Of a DNA stretch of 10,662 nucleotides, positions 7,176-10,662 are shown piece after piece. Under the pieces are notes generated by a model. That model was not told the origin of the DNA. It did not search any database and saw nothing but the letters and a program-made list of their open reading frames with translations. The number at the start of each line of letters is the position of its first letter. Position 1 is the first letter of the stretch. This DNA is from a candidate division WOR-3 bacterium (GTDB taxonomy: Bacteria > Hydrothermota > Hydrothermia > B15-G9 > WFZT01): assembly GCA_027053075.1 (NCBI GenBank), contig JALUEE010000082.1:1-10662 (forward strand), read 5' to 3'. A program made the position numbers and the translations under genes.

Positions 7176-8106
7176 AAAACTGAGGGTTGGCGTCATTGGA
7201 GTAGGTCATCTTGGCTTTCAGCATGCAAGGATATTTCATCAGATTGAGGAAGCTGAACTTGTAGGCGTTTTTGACATCAATCGGGAGCGCTCGGAATTTG
7301 TCGCAAAGAGGTGGAAAACCCGCGCCTATCCTGATATGGAAAGCCTGTTTAAAGATGTGGATGCAATAAGCTGCGTGGTCCCAACAAGTGCCCATTTTGA
7401 GGTGGGGAAGAAGGTTATCGAACATGGACTGCATCTCTTCCTTGAAAAGCCGATGACTGAAACTGTTGAACAGGCAGAATCACTTGTAAACCTTGCAAAA
7501 GAAAAGGGGGTTAAGCTTCAGATCGGGCATATTGAAAGGTTTAATCCTGCTGTGCTGGCAGTGCACGAGCTTATTAAATCACCAAAATTTATCGAAAGTC
7601 ATCGTCTGGCACCCTTTAATCCACGGGGTACTGATGTGGATGTTGTGCTCGACCTTATGATTCACGACCTTGATTTGATACTGTACTATCTCGGGAAAGA
7701 GCCCGTCAGAGTCGAGGCTGTGGGGGTCCCCGTTATAACCAAAAAGGTGGATATAGCCAACGCGAGGCTGGAGTTTGACGGGGGAGAGATTGCAAATGTC
7801 ACTGCCTCCCGCATATCCATTGAAAAACTGAGGAAAATTCGCATGTTCCAGAAAGACATGTACATTTCAATTGACTATCTCCACCGTAGTGTGGAGTTTT
7901 ACAGAAAGTTTGGTGATGAGATAATCCCGTATTTTCCAGATGTTAAACAAGAATTAGAGCCGTTGAAACTCGAGCTTGAAAGCTTCGTTTCAGCGGTTTT
8001 AAATGATGAGGAGCCTCCTGTAACCGGAATGGATGGCCTGCGAGCCCTTCGCGTTGCCCTCCGTGTCAAAGAAGATATTGCAAGAAGAATGAAGAATTTT
8101 GTGTAG
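7168..8106 (+). CDS. gnnA: Gfo/Idh/MocA NAD-dependent oxidoreductase, probable UDP-GlcNAc 3-dehydrogenase (GnnA-like)
   Basis: Rossmann GVIGVGHLG, LEKP, GHIERFNPA, ESHRLAPFNPRGTDVDVVLDLMIHDLD. Overlaps the lpxA stop, the same position gnnA occupies in Acidithiobacillus ferrooxidans. The family is certain; the specific function is inferred. Confidence 0.8.
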   Translation: MSRKLRVGVIGVGHLGFQHARIFHQIEEAELVGVFDINRERSEFVAKRWKTRAYPDMESLFKDVDAISCVVPTSAHFEVGKKVIEHGLHLFLEKPMTETVEQAESLVNLAKEKGVKLQIGHIERFNPAVLAVHELIKSPKFIESHRLAPFNPRGTDVDVVLDLMIHDLDLILYYLGKEPVRVEAVGVPVITKKVDIANARLEFDGGEIANVTASRISIEKLRKIRMFQKDMYISIDYLHRSVEFYRKFGDEIIPYFPDVKQELEPLKLELESFVSAVLNDEEPPVTGMDGLRALRVALRVKEDIARRMKNFV

Positions 8107-8201
8107 AATATTTCTCCCATCCCTGATTTTTTGTTTAGCTGAAGGCTGCAAAAATGCATAAGAACTTGAACTTTTTATGAGATTTTAATGGGGGGAATAT
8201 T
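8107..8201 (+). other. Candidate structured 3' UTR (three-stem fold) after the lpx operon
   Basis: 8107-8120 pairs with 8188-8201 (14 bp, 2 G-U). It encloses hairpins 8128-8154 and 8157-8179. Folded by hand. Confidence 0.4.
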
Positions 8202-8214
8202 GTGGGATGAATTT

Positions 8215-8247
8215 GGGAGGCGGGGCGCCTTCGGCGCCCCGCCACCC
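8215..8247. repeat. GC-rich palindrome copy 1 (REP-like / possible terminator)
   Basis: GGCGGGGCGCC-TTC-GGCGCCCCGCC is a perfect 11-bp stem (8219-8243) with outer GGG/CCC, followed on + by TTATTTATTTT. It lies between convergent gnnA and SPW genes, and 27 nt are identical to 10290-10316. Confidence 0.85.
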
Positions 8248-8256
8248 TTATTTATT

Positions 8257-8580
8257 TTAAGCCTCTTTCGGTTTCATCAGCGCTGCCCAGATTCCGAAGA
8301 TAACTACGAGTATTCCTGTGATGATGTCATTCCACATGTTCCCAGACTTACTACCGACTATGGACGGGATAAACGCAGCTATAATGAGCCAGATTCCGAG
8401 AATCACGTTTATCCACTCAGGCCACCTGGACTTTGCCACCCAGGCCGCGAAGATGAGAATGAGTACACCTACGATAAGATCATTCCAGAGCGAGCCACTC
8501 TTGCTCGCTGTTATAGATGGTATGAATCCGGCGATGATGAGCCAGATACCAAGTATGACATTCAACCAATCTTGCCACAT
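8257..8580 (-). CDS. SPW-repeat integral membrane protein (107 aa, two internal repeats, ~4 TM)
   Basis: Tandem repeat W(Q/P)(D/E)W(L/I)NVILGIWLIIA(G/A)FIPSI..SKSG..WND.I.G.L..IF..W matches the SPW family pattern. SD AAGGAGGT lies upstream of the ATG. Confidence 0.88.
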   Translation of the reverse strand: MWQDWLNVILGIWLIIAGFIPSITASKSGSLWNDLIVGVLILIFAAWVAKSRWPEWINVILGIWLIIAAFIPSIVGSKSGNMWNDIITGILVVIFGIWAALMKPKEA

Positions 8581-8625
8581 GGTTCAACCTCCTTTTTAAA
8601 GATTATTTTATGTTTGTCTATTTAA

Positions 8626-8654
8626 ATATTGATGTGTTTCTCAAAATCTGTCAA
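8626..8654 (-). promoter_or_regulatory. Possible sigma70 promoter for the SPW gene
   Basis: Minus strand reads TTGACA (8654-8649), N17, CAATAT (8631-8626): perfect -35 but weak -10. Confidence 0.4.
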
Positions 8655-9144
8655 GGGGTCGGTATTTTCGCTTTTACGAAAATTTAGAATCTATAGATTT
8701 TAACGAGGATCCACTTTCTCACATCTCATCCTTACACAATGTGATAGAAAAAAGACTCCGGAAAGGGCAACATTTTCAACAGACAGAGTTTGAGGCATTT
8801 GGGAAACTGGGGCCTTATCCGGACTTTCATTCAAACAAAAATCAGGAAATTAAAAAGGAAAGCCCGATTGGCTCAAGTGACCTCTACACGCGATTATTGC
8901 TGAACCAGGTAATGATAAAAATGGATTTTATAGGAATACAATATCAAAACCGCGATAAGGTTGCAAATTCATCTGATCTTTCACCCCACTGCGACATATT
9001 TTTCATTAGGCTCTACCACACACCATGGATGGATTTAAGTGTAGCTTCATCCCCCGACGTCTTTTATTTTGAAGTAAAAACGAACACCCATTAATCAAGT
9101 CTCTTCTCCTTTTGCAAATTTTTGGGATTCAAAAAATTAAAAAT

Positions 9145-9173
9145 TTGACAATAAGACAAATCTACGATAGAAT
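9145..9173 (+). promoter_or_regulatory. sigma70 promoter for the lipoprotein gene
   Basis: TTGACA (9145-9150), N17, TAGAAT (9168-9173), then SD GGAGGT (9180-9185) and ATG at 9190. Confidence 0.75.
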
Positions 9174-9189
9174 TGCATCGGAGGTAGAT

Positions 9190-10278
9190 ATGAAAAAATT
9201 ATATCCAGTTCTCCTTGCACTGTTTATTGGTGGCCTTATTACCATAAATGGATGCAAAAAAGAGGACCTCGTAAAAACAGTAACCGTGGAAGTCAATCTT
9301 CCACAGGGCGGAGCAAGGGCACTGATAGACAGTGTAACCTTAAAAGTTACCGGAAGCGATTTCGCTGGCTTTGAAGCTACGAAATACGTTTCACCTACTA
9401 TGGTAACTGTAACGTTCGAGCTACAGCTACAAAATGACAATACCTACACGTTCTTTGTCACCGCAAAGGACTCAACTGGCGCAATTCTCTACTGGGGAAG
9501 ATTGGAAGTGAACTTCAACGGTAATGCAAGTATCGATATAACAGTTGAGCCAGCAGCACAGGGAGCAGCAAACCATATCAAGCTTTTCCGGGACAATCTA
9601 CCGTGGTCTTCAAGCGCTATGGACTCCATGCTTTCGAGTCAGGGTTATACTCCCGGAACAGGTGAAAATCAGTACGAAATCATTCCATCCACCGCGTTTG
9701 ATACCGTGACGCTAAGACCGGGAACCGATCTCGTGATCATCGTGAATGACCAGACACAGGAATTTTATGATAGATATGCAACCAACATGACTAAATTCAA
9801 CCAGTTTGTTCAGAGAGGTGGAATAATCTTCTGGGAAGCCTGTGACAGGGGCTGGCATTACGGTTCAATTCTGGAGGCTGGAATTACATTTCCAGGGGGA
9901 GCTGTTGTAGATAGTAATTATGTCTACGACCACTACAATACACTCTACAATGCATCTTTCGAATTAGTTTCGGACCTACCTGACACCCTTTACGGCACGT
10001 ATTCAAGTCACGAGACCTTCAGGAATCTCCCACAGAACGCGCAGATTTTCACATTAAATCTTGAAGAAGGACGGCCAACACTCGTGCTATACAACTACGG
10101 TCTTGGCTGGATCATGATTACCGGTCAACCGCTGGAATATAACTATGACCGCCTACCCGAGCAGACTACTGGATTGCTTCTTTCGAGGATCGTGAACTTC
10201 ATTCTCGGGAATCAGGGTGGTGGAACACTGAATCACACAGGCAAGGCAACAGATTCAAGAACATCAGCAGCAAGATAA
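9190..10278 (+). CDS. Uncharacterised lipoprotein (362 aa); beta-rich N-domain plus a probable class I glutamine-amidotransferase-like C-domain
   Basis: Start reassigned to ATG 9190, with SD and promoter immediately upstream. MKKLYPVLLALFIGGLITING-C22 is a signal peptidase II-type leader. The C-terminal half has DLVIIV...FVQRGGIIF...LVLYNYGLGWIMITG, a pattern seen in GATase1-like folds (fold call is inference). Confidence 0.85.
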   Translation: MKKLYPVLLALFIGGLITINGCKKEDLVKTVTVEVNLPQGGARALIDSVTLKVTGSDFAGFEATKYVSPTMVTVTFELQLQNDNTYTFFVTAKDSTGAILYWGRLEVNFNGNASIDITVEPAAQGAANHIKLFRDNLPWSSSAMDSMLSSQGYTPGTGENQYEIIPSTAFDTVTLRPGTDLVIIVNDQTQEFYDRYATNMTKFNQFVQRGGIIFWEACDRGWHYGSILEAGITFPGGAVVDSNYVYDHYNTLYNASFELVSDLPDTLYGTYSSHETFRNLPQNAQIFTLNLEEGRPTLVLYNYGLGWIMITGQPLEYNYDRLPEQTTGLLLSRIVNFILGNQGGGTLNHTGKATDSRTSAAR

Positions 10279-10287
10279 ATTTTTAGT

Positions 10288-10320
10288 GTGAGGCGGGGCG
10301 CCTTCGGCGCCCCGCCCCAC
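10288..10320. repeat. GC-rich palindrome copy 2 (REP-like)
   Basis: GGCGGGGCGCC-TTC-GGCGCCCCGCC (10292-10316) with outer GTG/CAC, between convergent lipoprotein and beta-barrel genes. No clear U-tract on either strand. Confidence 0.85.
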
Positions 10321-10324
10321 CAAC

Positions 10325-10662
10325 CTAAAAGCTATACTTCAACTGATAATAAATCATATCGTTATCGTCAAACTGGCCAAATATTCCCTGTGTTCCGGTA
10401 AACACATTTGCTCCTAACAGTATTTCAAATCCATCTGCTAAGTCGTAGCTAACTTTTGGCCTTAAAAGAGATGCATCGTTGTTGAAATCGTAATACATGA
10501 AGAAAGAAAGGTGCAGGGTCTCATGCCAGAAATCTTTTGAAGCAAGGAAAGTGGCCATGTTGGAATACTGGTCATTCTTTAAATAATCATCGTAGTCAAG
10601 AATTACCTGCTGGATAAACTGTCCACTTAAATGCCAGTTCCACAATGTGTAATCAAGACCCA
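10325..10662 (-). CDS. 3' end of an outer-membrane beta-barrel protein (DUF1302-like); starts beyond the right edge
   Basis: Frame is open to the window edge (...GLDYTLWNWHLSGQFIQ...). It has amphipathic beta-strands and ends YYQLKYSF, a C-terminal Phe BAM beta-signal. Confidence 0.8.
   Translation of the reverse strand, partial: GLDYTLWNWHLSGQFIQQVILDYDDYLKNDQYSNMATFLASKDFWHETLHLSFFMYYDFNNDASLLRPKVSYDLADGFEILLGANVFTGTQGIFGQFDDNDMIYYQLKYSF

Noticed and set aside
1791..8159. Minus-strand and alternate-frame ORFs overlapping the HAD, R-M, lpx and gnnA genes
   Set aside because: They overlap well-supported genes and have no recognisable motifs or RBSs.
8188..8625. Plus-strand ORFs 8188-8625 and 8318-8599 with apparent internal repeats
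   Set aside because: Antisense to the SPW gene; their repetitiveness simply mirrors its duplication.
8755..8830. c-di-GMP-I or other riboswitch in the long intergenic region
   Set aside because: The GGGCAA start is reminiscent, but the GNRA-capped P2, GACGCAAAG junction and receptor stem are absent.
9112..9189. ORF-track start of the lipoprotein at 9112
   Set aside because: This stretch contains the promoter and SD; the signal peptide begins at ATG 9190.
8217..10316. The two 27-nt palindromes as a CRISPR array or integron attC sites
   Set aside because: Only two copies 2 kb apart, with no spacer periodicity, cas or integrase genes, or RYYYAAC/GTTRRRY ends.
1..10662. Apparent absence of AGATCT (BglII site) as evidence of the R-M specificity
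   Set aside because: By eye I saw no AGATCT, while GATC, AGATCC and GGATCC occur. Only a few sites are expected in 10 kb, so this is not significant, and family membership does not fix specificity. A genome-wide count or methylome is needed.

Overview
Chromosomal region of a diderm (LPS-making) bacterium; the LpxC-FabZ fusion suggests the FCB supergroup or a relative (inference). On the left, a minus-strand unit carries a hypothetical membrane protein and the 5' part of ileS. ileS runs off the window edge and is missing from the supplied ORF track. Two perfect-consensus divergent sigma70 promoters (1760-1787 on -, 1926-1954 on +) flank a long GC-rich hairpin, and both appear to give near-leaderless mRNAs. 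The rightward operon is tightly coupled: HAD phosphatase, N4C/N6A DNA methyltransferase, BglII/BstYI-family endonuclease, lpxD, lpxC-fabZ, lpxA, and a GnnA-like Gfo/Idh/MocA dehydrogenase. A Type II R-M pair therefore sits inside a lipid A operon that probably makes 2,3-diamino-glucose (GlcN3N) lipid A. On the right are a structured 3' region, an SPW-repeat membrane protein, a ~600 bp intergenic stretch, an uncharacterised lipoprotein and the 3' end of an outer-membrane beta-barrel. An identical 27-nt GC-rich palindrome occurs at both convergent gene junctions. I cannot demonstrate a wholly new system from sequence alone. The best leads are the operon-embedded R-M pair, the predicted GlcN3N lipid A chemistry, the REP-like repeats and a candidate three-way-junction RNA.
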